From the IMG/VR virus record IMGVR_UViG_2651869780_000012: a DNA stretch of 8,872 nucleotides; one strand, 5' to 3'. The notes under the pieces were generated by a model. The model did no database searches, was not told the origin of the DNA, and saw only the letters and a program-made list of their open reading frames with translations. Origin of the DNA: a virus. Lineage: Duplodnaviria > Heunggongvirae > Uroviricota > Caudoviricetes. This document shows positions 1 through 7,196 of the stretch, piece by piece; position 1 is the stretch's first letter, and every line of letters starts with the position of its first letter. A program made the position numbers and the translations under genes.

Positions 1-2
1 AG

Positions 3-65
3 GACTGGCCGGCAAACCGGGTACGCGATCTGTTGCCCTGGAAAGTTGATCTGAGCTCTCAGTAA
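3..65 (+). CDS. Possible 3' end of upstream gene (small terminase subunit, Nu1-like), partial; reading frame not established
   Basis: Synteny only: in lambda-like phages the small terminase gene lies immediately upstream of A. All three + frames close before position 66 (stops at 47-49, 52-54, 63-65); frame 3 is shown arbitrarily as the longest. Too short to recognise by sequence. Confidence 0.2.
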   Translation, partial: DWPANRVRDLLPWKVDLSSQ

Positions 66-97
66 ATATCAATACGGTTCTGACGAGTCGCTTACCG

Positions 98-2026
98 ATG
101 AATATATCAGAGCAACAACTGAATAATATGGTGGCCGCCGTTTCGGTTGCGCTGCAGCCTCTGGTCAGGGTTGTACCGATGACGGCAGTTGAATGGGCTG
201 ACCAGTATTATTATCTGCCGAAAGAATCCTCATACGGTGACGGCGAATGGAAAACGCTGCCGTTCCAGATCGCCATCATGAACAGTATGGGGAATGATCA
301 GATCCGCACTGTTAATCTGATTAAATCTGCCCGTGTTGGCTATACAAAGATGTTGCTGGGAGTCGCCGGGTATTTTATTGAGCATAAATCCCGAAACAGT
401 CTGCTTTTTCAGCCCACGGATTCTGCCGCTGAAGATTTTATGAAGTCTCACGTGGAGGCGACGATTCGGAACGTGCCATGCCTGAAAGACCTTTCCCCAT
501 GGCTGGGTCGTAAACATCGTGACAATACTCTCACGCTGAAACGCTTTTCATCGGGCGGCGGCTTCTGGTGCCTGGGCGGCGCTGCCGCCAAAAACTACCG
601 TGAAAAATCCGTGGACGTGGTCTGCTATGACGAACTTTCCTCGTTCGAGCCGGATGTCGAAAAAGAGGGCTCGCCAACCCTGCTGGGGGATAAGCGTATT
701 GAGGGCTCGGTATGGCCAAAATCCATTCGCGGCTCGACGCCTAAAATAAAAGGCACCTGCCAGATCGAAAAAGCCGCCAACGAGTCGGCGCATTTCATGC
801 GTTTTTATGTGCCCTGCCCGCACTGTGGGGAGGAGCAGTATCTGAAATTTGGCGATGAGTCCACGCCTTTTGGCCTTAAATGGGAGAAGGACAGCCCCGA
901 AAGCGTTTTCTACCTCTGTGAACATCATGGCTGCGTGATCCATCAGTCTGAGCTTGACCAGAGCAACGGGCGGTGGATCTGCGAAAACACGGGCATGTGG
1001 ACCCGCGACGGTCTGACGTTTTTCAGCGCCCCGGATAATGAAATTCCGCCGCCGCGCTCCATCACATTCCATATCTGGACGGCGTACAGTCCGTTCACCA
1101 CCTGGGTACAGATTGTCTATGACTGGCTGGATGCACTGAAAGATCCCAACGGCCTGAAAACCTTTGTGAACACCACGCTGGGCGAGACCTGGGAAGAGGC
1201 CGTGGGCGAAAAACTCGATCACCAGGTACTGATGGATAAGGTGGTGCGTTACACGGCGGCGGTGCCTGCCCGGGTGGTTTATCTGACGGCGGGCATTGAC
1301 TCGCAGCGAAACCGTTTTGAGATGTATGTCTGGGGATGGGCTCCGGGAGAGGAAGCCTTTCTGGTGGATAAAATCATCATTATGGGGCGTCCCGATGAGG
1401 AAGAGACGCTGTTACGTGTGGATGCGGCGATCAACAAAAAATACCGCCATGCAGACGGAACCGAAATGACCATTTCCCGTGTCTGCTGGGACACCGGGGG
1501 GATCGATGGCGAAATTGTCTATCAGAGATCAAAAAAACACGGTGTTTTCCGGGTGCTGCCGGTAAAAGGCGCATCTGTCTATGGCAAGCCGGTGATCACC
1601 ATGCCAAAAACCCGCAATCAGCGGGGCGTGTATCTGTGTGAAGTGGGAACGGACACCGCAAAAGAAATTCTCTATGCCCGTATGAAAGCCGATCCCACGC
1701 CTGCGGATGAAGCCACGTCGTATGCCATCCGTTTTCCTGATGATCCGGAGATTTTTTCGCAGACAGAGGCGCAGCAACTGGTGGCGGAAGAGCTGGTGGA
1801 GAAGTGGGAAAAAGGAAAGATGCGTCTGCTGTGGGATAACAAAAAGCGGCGTAACGAAGCGCTGGACTGCCTGGTGTATGCCTACGCGGCATTACGTGTG
1901 TCCGTGCAACGCTGGCAGCTTGATCTGGCTGTACTGGCAAAATCCCGGGAAGAAGAGACGACCCGGCCAACCCTGAAAGAACTGGCAGCGAAGCTGTCCG
2001 GAGGAGTGAATGGTTACAGTCGCTGA
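98..2026 (+). CDS. A: Terminase large subunit (lambda gpA-like), 642 aa
   Basis: 642-aa ORF, N-terminus MNISEQQLNN...TAVEWADQYYYLPKES closely resembles lambda gpA (641 aa) as recalled. Conserved deviant Walker-A-like segment IKSARVGYTK (K76 equivalent, nt ~323-352). Cys/His cluster CPHCG...CEHHGC. C-terminal nuclease region motifs (WDTGGID, KKRRNEALDC). Position is first in the packaging/head operon. Confidence 0.95.
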   Translation: MNISEQQLNNMVAAVSVALQPLVRVVPMTAVEWADQYYYLPKESSYGDGEWKTLPFQIAIMNSMGNDQIRTVNLIKSARVGYTKMLLGVAGYFIEHKSRNSLLFQPTDSAAEDFMKSHVEATIRNVPCLKDLSPWLGRKHRDNTLTLKRFSSGGGFWCLGGAAAKNYREKSVDVVCYDELSSFEPDVEKEGSPTLLGDKRIEGSVWPKSIRGSTPKIKGTCQIEKAANESAHFMRFYVPCPHCGEEQYLKFGDESTPFGLKWEKDSPESVFYLCEHHGCVIHQSELDQSNGRWICENTGMWTRDGLTFFSAPDNEIPPPRSITFHIWTAYSPFTTWVQIVYDWLDALKDPNGLKTFVNTTLGETWEEAVGEKLDHQVLMDKVVRYTAAVPARVVYLTAGIDSQRNRFEMYVWGWAPGEEAFLVDKIIIMGRPDEEETLLRVDAAINKKYRHADGTEMTISRVCWDTGGIDGEIVYQRSKKHGVFRVLPVKGASVYGKPVITMPKTRNQRGVYLCEVGTDTAKEILYARMKADPTPADEATSYAIRFPDDPEIFSQTEAQQLVAEELVEKWEKGKMRLLWDNKKRRNEALDCLVYAYAALRVSVQRWQLDLAVLAKSREEETTRPTLKELAAKLSGGVNGYSR

Positions 2027-2216
2027 ACTGCAGGCGCTGCGTCAGGCGCGCCTTGATTTATTAACCGGTAAACGGGTGGTGTCTGTCCAGAAAGATGGTC
2101 GCAGAATTGAATATACGGCGGCTTCTCTGGATGAGCTTAACCGGGCGATCAATGATGCGGAGTCGGTACTGGGGACAACCCGCCGTCGCCGTCGTCCGCT
2201 GGGAGTGAGGTTATGA
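2010..2216 (+). CDS. W: Head completion / head-tail joining protein (lambda gpW-like), 68 aa
   Basis: 68 aa, same length as lambda gpW; LLTGKRVVSVQKDGRRIEYTAAS matches the lambda W core ([24 protein letters not shown] as recalled). GGAGG at 2000-2004, 5 nt before the ATG; overlaps the A 3' end by 17 nt. Confidence 0.9.
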   Translation: MVTVAELQALRQARLDLLTGKRVVSVQKDGRRIEYTAASLDELNRAINDAESVLGTTRRRRRPLGVRL

Positions 2217-3805
2217 AACGAACGCCTGTCCTGATTGATGTGAACGGCGTTCCGCTTCGGGAGAGCCTCAGCTACAACGGGGGCGGTGCAGGATTTGGCG
2301 GGCAAATGGCGGAGTGGTTGCCACCGGCGCAGAGTGCCGATGCGGCCCTGCTGCCCGCGTTGCGTCTGGGGAATGCCCGGGCAGATGATCTGGTGCGCAA
2401 TAACGGGATAGCGGCCAATGCGGTGGCCCTGCATAAGGATCATATTGTCGGGCATATGTTTCTGATCAGCTACCGTCCGAACTGGCGCTGGCTGGGGATG
2501 CGGGAGACTGCAGCAAAAAGTTTTGTCGATGAGGTGGAGGCGGCCTGGTCGGAATACGCCGAAGGGATGTCTGGCGAGATCGACGTGGAAGGGAAACGCA
2601 CGTTTACGGAATTTATCCGTGAAGGTGTGGGCGTTCATGCGTTTAACGGCGAAATCTTTGTGCAGCCGGTCTGGGATACGGAGAGCACGCAACTGTTTCG
2701 TACGCGTTTTAAAGCCGTGAGTCCGAAACGGGTGGACACGCCAGGACACGGTATGGGGAACCGTTTTCTGCGGGCCGGGGTGGAGGTCGATCGATATGGC
2801 CGTGCCGTTGCGTACCATATCTGTGAGGATGATTTTCCGCGCTCCGGGAGTGGACGATGGGAACGGATCCCGCGTGAACTTCCCACCGGGCGTCCGGCCA
2901 TGCTGCATATTTTCGAGCCGGTGGAGGACGGGCAGACCCGTGGGGCCAATCAGTTTTACAGCGTCATGGAACGGCTGAAGATGCTCGATTCCCTGCAGGC
3001 AACACAGCTTCAGTCGGCCATTGTGAAAGCCATGTATGCAGCGACGATTGAAAGTGAACTTGATACCGAAAAGGCCTTTGAATATATCGCCGGCGCGCCA
3101 CAGGAGCAGAAGGATAATCCGCTTATTAATATTCTGGAGAAGTTCTCCAGCTGGTATGACACGAATAACGTGACACTGGGCGGTGTCAAAATTCCGCACC
3201 TTTTCCCCGGTGATGATCTGAAACTACAGACTGCGCAGGATTCAGACAATGGATTTTCGGCGCTTGAACAGGCGCTGCTGCGGTATATCGCCGCCGGTCT
3301 TGGCGTTTCCTACGAACAGTTGTCCCGGGATTACTCGAAGGTCAGTTATTCAAGTGCCAGCGCCTCCGCCAATGAGTCGTGGCGCTATTTTATGGGACGA
3401 CGAAAATTTATTGCGGCCCGGCTGGCCACGCAGATGTTTTCCTGCTGGCTGGAAGAGGCACTTCTTCGGGGGATTATCCGTCCGCCACGGGCGCGTTTTG
3501 ATTTTTATCAGGCGCGATCAGCCTGGTCACGGGCAGAGTGGATTGGAGCCGGAAGAATGGCCATTGACGGGCTCAAGGAAGTCCAGGAATCAGTGATGCG
3601 CATTGAGGCCGGACTGAGCACGTATGAGAAAGAGCTGGCGCTGATGGGCGAGGATTATCAGGACATTTTCCGCCAGCAGGTCAGGGAATCTGCAGAGCGG
3701 CAAAAAGCCGGACTCTCACGTCCGGTGTGGATAGCGCAGGCGTATCAGCAGCAGATAGCGGAGAGTCGCAGGCCGGAAGAGGAGACAACACCACGTGAGA
3801 CGTAA
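2213..3805 (+). CDS. B: Portal protein (lambda gpB-like), 530 aa
   Basis: 530-aa ORF (lambda gpB is 533 aa) in the conserved position between W and C. Start ATG overlaps the W stop (ATGA at 2213-2216). Confidence 0.93.
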   Translation: MKRTPVLIDVNGVPLRESLSYNGGGAGFGGQMAEWLPPAQSADAALLPALRLGNARADDLVRNNGIAANAVALHKDHIVGHMFLISYRPNWRWLGMRETAAKSFVDEVEAAWSEYAEGMSGEIDVEGKRTFTEFIREGVGVHAFNGEIFVQPVWDTESTQLFRTRFKAVSPKRVDTPGHGMGNRFLRAGVEVDRYGRAVAYHICEDDFPRSGSGRWERIPRELPTGRPAMLHIFEPVEDGQTRGANQFYSVMERLKMLDSLQATQLQSAIVKAMYAATIESELDTEKAFEYIAGAPQEQKDNPLINILEKFSSWYDTNNVTLGGVKIPHLFPGDDLKLQTAQDSDNGFSALEQALLRYIAAGLGVSYEQLSRDYSKVSYSSASASANESWRYFMGRRKFIAARLATQMFSCWLEEALLRGIIRPPRARFDFYQARSAWSRAEWIGAGRMAIDGLKEVQESVMRIEAGLSTYEKELALMGEDYQDIFRQQVRESAERQKAGLSRPVWIAQAYQQQIAESRRPEEETTPRET

Positions 3806-5300
3806 TCTTTCACACATTATTGCCGCAGCATTCAATGAACCGCTGCTTCTGGAGCCCGCCTATGCGCGGGTTTTCTTTTGCGCGCTCGGGCGCGAGATGG
3901 GGGCAGCAAGTCTTTCGGTACCACAACAGCAGGTACAGTTTGATGCTCCCGGAATGCTGGCTGAAACGGACGAGTACATGGCCGGAGGTAAACGACCGGC
4001 CCGTGTTTACCGGGTGGTGAACGGTATTGCTGTACTGCCGGTGACCGGCACGCTGGTGCACCGGCTGGGGGGTATGCGGCCATTTTCCGGAATGACAGGC
4101 TATGACGGCATTGTCGCCTGTCTTCAGCAGGCAATGGCGGATAGCCAGGTGCGGGGCGTACTGCTGGACATTGACAGTCCGGGCGGGCAGGCCGCCGGCG
4201 CGTTTGACTGCGCTGACATGATTTACCGCCTCCGTCAGCAGAAGCCGGTCTGGGCACTGTGCAATGACACGGCCTGTTCTGCAGCCATGCTGCTGGCGTC
4301 GGCCTGCTCCCGACGGCTGGTTACCCAGACATCCCGTATCGGCTCCATTGGCGTGATGATGAGCCATGTCAGCTATGCCGGTCATCTGGCGCAGGCCGGT
4401 GTGGATATCACGCTGATTTACTCAGGGGCGCACAAGGTGGATGGCAATCAGTTTGAAGCCTTACCGGCAGAGGTTCGCCAGGACATGCAGCAGCGCATTG
4501 ATGCGGCGCGCCGGATGTTTGCCGAAAAAGTGGCGATGTTTACCGGTCTGTCTGTTGATGCCGTCACGGGAACAGAGGCCGCCGTTTTTGAAGGTCAGTC
4601 CGGCATTGATGCCGGGCTGGCGGATGAATTAGTCAATGCGTCGGATGCCATCAGTGTGATGGCCACGGCGCTGAACAGTAATGTCAGAGGAGGCACTATG
4701 CCGCAATTAACTGCAACGGAAGCCGCCGCGCAGGAGAACCAGCGAGTGATGGGGATCCTGACATGCCAGGAAGCGAAAGGACGTGAACAGCTTGCCACGA
4801 TGCTGGCAGGACAACAGGGCATGAGCGTTGAACAGGCCCGGGCGATTCTGGCCGCGGCGGCACCGCAGCAGCCGGTGGCATCCACGCAGAGTGAAGCCGA
4901 TCGCATTATGGCGTGTGAAGAAGCGAACGGTCGTGAACAACTGGCGGCAACGCTGGCGGCGATGCCGGAGATGACGGTGGAAAAAGCCCGCCCGATCCTG
5001 GCTGCTTCACCGCAGGCGGATGCCGGACCCTCACTCCGTGATCAGATCATGGCACTGGATGAGGCAAAAGGGGATGAGGCGCAGGCTGAACAGCTGGCTG
5101 CCTGCCCGGGAATGACTGTGGAGAGCGCCCGGGCTGTGCTGGCTGCGGGATCAGGTAAGGCAGAACCGGTCTCTGCATCCACAACCGCCCTGTTTGAACG
5201 CATCATGGCGAACCATTCACCGGCAGCGGTACAGGGTGGCGTGCCACAGACGTCAGCAGACGGTGATGCGGACGTGAAAATGCTCATGGCCATGCCATGA
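3795..5300 (+). CDS. C: Prohead protease / scaffold (lambda gpC-like, S49/ClpP-like peptidase family), 501 aa; GTG start
   Basis: N-terminus RRNLSHIIAAAFNEPLLLEPAYARVFFCAL matches lambda gpC (ELRNLPHIASMAFNEPLMLEPAYARVFFCAL). Conserved protease core (NGIAVLPVTGTLV..., PVWALCNDTACSAAMLLASACSRRLVTQTSRIGSIGVMMSH, ITLIYSGAHKVDGN). The frame opens with GTG at 3795, overlapping the B stop by 11 nt; GAGGAG lies ~11 nt upstream. About 60 aa longer than lambda gpC owing to C-terminal repeats. Confidence 0.88.
   Translation: MRRNLSHIIAAAFNEPLLLEPAYARVFFCALGREMGAASLSVPQQQVQFDAPGMLAETDEYMAGGKRPARVYRVVNGIAVLPVTGTLVHRLGGMRPFSGMTGYDGIVACLQQAMADSQVRGVLLDIDSPGGQAAGAFDCADMIYRLRQQKPVWALCNDTACSAAMLLASACSRRLVTQTSRIGSIGVMMSHVSYAGHLAQAGVDITLIYSGAHKVDGNQFEALPAEVRQDMQQRIDAARRMFAEKVAMFTGLSVDAVTGTEAAVFEGQSGIDAGLADELVNASDAISVMATALNSNVRGGTMPQLTATEAAAQENQRVMGILTCQEAKGREQLATMLAGQQGMSVEQARAILAAAAPQQPVASTQSEADRIMACEEANGREQLAATLAAMPEMTVEKARPILAASPQADAGPSLRDQIMALDEAKGDEAQAEQLAACPGMTVESARAVLAAGSGKAEPVSASTTALFERIMANHSPAAVQGGVPQTSADGDADVKMLMAMP
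4686..4693 (+). promoter_or_regulatory. Internal Shine-Dalgarno (AGAGGAGG) for the nested Nu3-like start
   Basis: Strong purine-rich SD core GGAGG at 4689-4693, 4 nt upstream of the in-frame ATG at 4698, inside the C reading frame. Confidence 0.55.
4698..5300 (+). CDS. Nu3: Nu3-like scaffolding protein, translated from an internal in-frame start within C (200 aa)
   Basis: In-frame ATG at 4698 (4698-3795 = 903 = 3 x 301), preceded by AGAGGAGG at 4686-4693. Product begins MPQLTATEAAAQENQRVMGILTCQEAKGRE, matching the lambda Nu3/C C-terminal motif (AAENSRIMGILNCEEAHGREE). In lambda, Nu3 is likewise nested in-frame in the 3' part of C. Confidence 0.6.
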   Translation: MPQLTATEAAAQENQRVMGILTCQEAKGREQLATMLAGQQGMSVEQARAILAAAAPQQPVASTQSEADRIMACEEANGREQLAATLAAMPEMTVEKARPILAASPQADAGPSLRDQIMALDEAKGDEAQAEQLAACPGMTVESARAVLAAGSGKAEPVSASTTALFERIMANHSPAAVQGGVPQTSADGDADVKMLMAMP

Positions 5301-5336
5301 AGTCAGTGCTGACCATCAACAGGAGGTTTTTACAAT

Positions 5337-5684
5337 ATGGTAACGAAAACCATCACTGAACAGCGTGCGGAAGTACGTATTTTTGCCGGTAATGATCCGG
5401 CTCATACCGCCACAGGCAGCAGCGGGATTTCCTCGGCAACACCGGCACTGACGCCCCTGATGCTGGATGAAGCCACCGGGAAACTGGTGGTCTGGGACGG
5501 ACAGAAAGCCGGTAGTGCAGTTGGCATACTGGTACTGCCGCTTGAAGGCACAGAGACGGTACTGACCTATTACAAGTCGGGGACCTTTGCGACGGAGGCA
5601 ATCCGCTGGCCTGAAAGTGTGGATGAACACAAAAAGGCAAATGCCTTTGCCGGCAGTGCCCTGAGTCACGCGGCGCTGCCGTAA
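5337..5684 (+). CDS. D: Head decoration protein (lambda gpD-like), 115 aa
   Basis: NDPAHTATGSSG...TPLMLDEATGKLVVWDG...AVGIL...YYKSGTF...WPE...KKANAFAGSA parallels lambda gpD (GNSDPAHTATAPGG...MTPLMLD...KLVAWDG...AVGIL...FYKSGTF...WPE...AFAGTA). AGGAGG at 5321-5326, 10 nt before the ATG. Confidence 0.92.
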   Translation: MVTKTITEQRAEVRIFAGNDPAHTATGSSGISSATPALTPLMLDEATGKLVVWDGQKAGSAVGILVLPLEGTETVLTYYKSGTFATEAIRWPESVDEHKKANAFAGSALSHAALP

Positions 5685-5691
5685 CACGTTA

Positions 5692-5713
5692 TCAGGCCAC
5701 CGCGGTGGCCTGA
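5692..5713. repeat. Perfect 22-bp palindrome (TCAGGCCACCGCGGTGGCCTGA) in the D-E intergenic region
   Basis: Read directly: positions 5692-5713 are exactly self-complementary (centre CCGCGG). Lies between the D stop (5684) and the E start (5742). Can form an RNA hairpin or be a dyad-symmetric protein binding site. Confidence 0.8.
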
Positions 5714-5741
5714 CTGATTTCTGAATGAAAGGAACTGATTT

Positions 5742-6770
5742 ATGGGATTGTTTACGACCCGCCAGTTACTCGGTTATACCGAACAAAAAGTGAAATTTCG
5801 TGCGCTGTTTCTGGAGCTGTTTTTCCGCCGTACGGTGAATTTCCATACCGAAGAGGTGATGCTGGACAAAATTACCGGAAAAACGCCGGTGGCGGCCTAT
5901 GTCTCCCCGGTTGTTGAAGGAAAAGTGCTGCGTCATCGTGGTGGTGAAACCCGCGTGTTACGTCCGGGCTACGTCAAGCCGAAACACGAATTTAATTACC
6001 AGCAGGCGGTTGAGCGTCTTCCCGGTGAAGATCCGGCTCAGCTGAACGACCCGGCCTACCGTCGTCTGCGTATCATCACTGATAACCTCAAACAGGAAGA
6101 GCACGCCATTGTCCAGGTGGAAGAAATGCAGGCGGTGAATGCCGTGCTGTATGGCAAATACACGATGGAAGGAGACCAGTTCGAGAAAATTGAGGTCGAT
6201 TTTGGCAGGTCGACGAAGAATAACATCACTCAGGGTAGTGGTAAGGAGTGGTCAAAACAGGATCGTGACACGTTCGATCCTACACATGATCTTGACCTCT
6301 ACTGCGACCAGGCCAGCGGTCTTGTGAATATTGCCATTATGGACGGTACCGTCTGGCGTCTGCTGAATGGCTTTAAATTGTTCCGCGAAAAACTGGATAC
6401 CCGTCGCGGCTCTAATTCGCAACTCGAAACAGCGGTGAAAGACCTGGGCGCGGTGGTGTCCTTCAAAGGGTATTACGGCGATCTGGCCATTGTGGTGGCA
6501 AAAACGTCTTATGTGGCAGAGGACGGTACCGAAAAACGTTATCTGCCTGAGGGCTCGCTGGTCCTGGGGAATACGGCAGCAGAGGGCATTCGTTGCTATG
6601 GTGCCATTCAGGATGCGCAGGCGTTGTCCGAAGGTGTGGTGGCCTCTTCCCGTTATCCGAAACACTGGCTGACGGTAGGGGATCCCGCCCGTGAATTTAC
6701 CATGACGCAGTCCGCGCCGCTGATGGTGTTGCCGGACCCGGATGAGTTTGTGGTGGTACAGGTGAAATAA
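5742..6770 (+). CDS. E: Major capsid protein (lambda gpE-like), 342 aa
   Basis: 342 aa (lambda gpE 341 aa) with extensive collinear similarity: PGYVKPKHE, DPAYRR.RII, AIVQVEEMQAVNAVLYGKYTM, DTRRGSNSQLETAVKDLG, GDPAREFTMTQSAPLMVLPDPDEFV. RBS AAAGGA 5728-5733. Confidence 0.95.
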   Translation: MGLFTTRQLLGYTEQKVKFRALFLELFFRRTVNFHTEEVMLDKITGKTPVAAYVSPVVEGKVLRHRGGETRVLRPGYVKPKHEFNYQQAVERLPGEDPAQLNDPAYRRLRIITDNLKQEEHAIVQVEEMQAVNAVLYGKYTMEGDQFEKIEVDFGRSTKNNITQGSGKEWSKQDRDTFDPTHDLDLYCDQASGLVNIAIMDGTVWRLLNGFKLFREKLDTRRGSNSQLETAVKDLGAVVSFKGYYGDLAIVVAKTSYVAEDGTEKRYLPEGSLVLGNTAAEGIRCYGAIQDAQALSEGVVASSRYPKHWLTVGDPAREFTMTQSAPLMVLPDPDEFVVVQVK

Positions 6771-6778
6771 TCCGTGAG

Positions 6779-6808
6779 CGGGGGCGAAATGCCCCCGTGT
6801 CTTTTTTC
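6779..6808 (+). terminator. Rho-independent-terminator-like hairpin plus U-tract immediately downstream of E
   Basis: GC stem 6779-6785 (CGGGGGC) pairs with 6791-6797 (GCCCCCG) around loop GAAAT, followed by TGTCTTTTTTC (T6 at 6802-6807). Located 9 nt after the E stop and before the FI start. Confidence 0.55.
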
Positions 6809-6821
6809 ACAGGGGGATGAT

Positions 6822-7196
6822 ATGGCAACGAAAGAGCAAAATCTGAAACGGCTTGATGAACTGGCCCTGATTCTGGGGCGTGAGCCGGATATATCCGGGA
6901 GTGCCGCAGAGATAGCGCAGCGGGTGGCAGAATGGGAAGAGGAAATGCAGTCATCCGGCGATGATGTACAGGTTATGAATATGGATATCCGGGAGAGGGA
7001 AAACGCGGCTCATGATGTTCGTGAGGATACATCCGGTGCGTTAACGCGCATCAGAGTTCTGACCTGCCTCCATCTCTGTGGCATTGATGGTGAAACAGGG
7101 GAATCCGTTGAGATTGCGGATGTTGGTCGGGTGATTCTGATTATGTCCTCAGATGCAAAAACACACGTTGATGGTGGAATGGCTGTTTATGCGTGA
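6822..7196 (+). CDS. FI: DNA packaging / head assembly protein FI-like, 124 aa
   Basis: Acidic ~125-aa protein in the lambda FI position. N-terminal region (KEQNLKRLDELALILG...AAEIAQRVAEWEEE) resembles lambda FI (KDELIARLRSLG...EELALRVAELKEE); the rest is divergent. Start chosen at ATG 6822 with AGGGGGA 6811-6817; the track's upstream ATG at 6774 would run through the terminator hairpin. Confidence 0.72.
   Translation: MATKEQNLKRLDELALILGREPDISGSAAEIAQRVAEWEEEMQSSGDDVQVMNMDIRERENAAHDVREDTSGALTRIRVLTCLHLCGIDGETGESVEIADVGRVILIMSSDAKTHVDGGMAVYA

Noticed and set aside
1-97. cos site / terminase recognition elements
   Set aside because: In lambda-like genomes cos lies upstream of the small terminase gene, outside this window. 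The 97 nt before A show no clear repeats and are probably the small-terminase 3' end plus a short spacer.
548-1222. 224-aa minus-strand ORF antisense to the terminase gene, plus other minus-strand ORFs (230-517, 1596-1970, 3810-4385, 3832-4257, 4595-4906, 5316-5687, 6252-6665, 7893-8411)
   Set aside because: All are embedded antisense in strongly supported + strand genes whose homology is continuous. Compositionally biased translations, no plausible start contexts; treated as antisense artefacts.
1707-1976. Same-strand alternative-frame ORFs inside known genes (for example 1707-1976, 2523-2720, 3249-3596, 3820-4020, 4441-4632, 6139-6327, 6490-6672)
   Set aside because: Short, out-of-frame, embedded in conserved genes, Arg/Trp/Cys-rich translations typical of off-frame GC-rich sequence; no evidence of independent coding.
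2042-3199. 385-aa ORF on the minus strand antisense to the portal gene
   Set aside because: Lies entirely inside the well-supported B coding region on the opposite strand. Its translation is Arg/Pro-rich and low-complexity, typical of a spurious antisense frame in GC-rich coding DNA; no RBS or recognisable similarity.
6774-7196. Longer FI reading frame starting at ATG 6774 (140 aa, MSGGEMPPCLF...)
   Set aside because: The extension has no RBS, begins 4 nt after the E stop, and spans the terminator-like hairpin. The ATG at 6822 has a purine-rich SD and is where similarity to FI begins.
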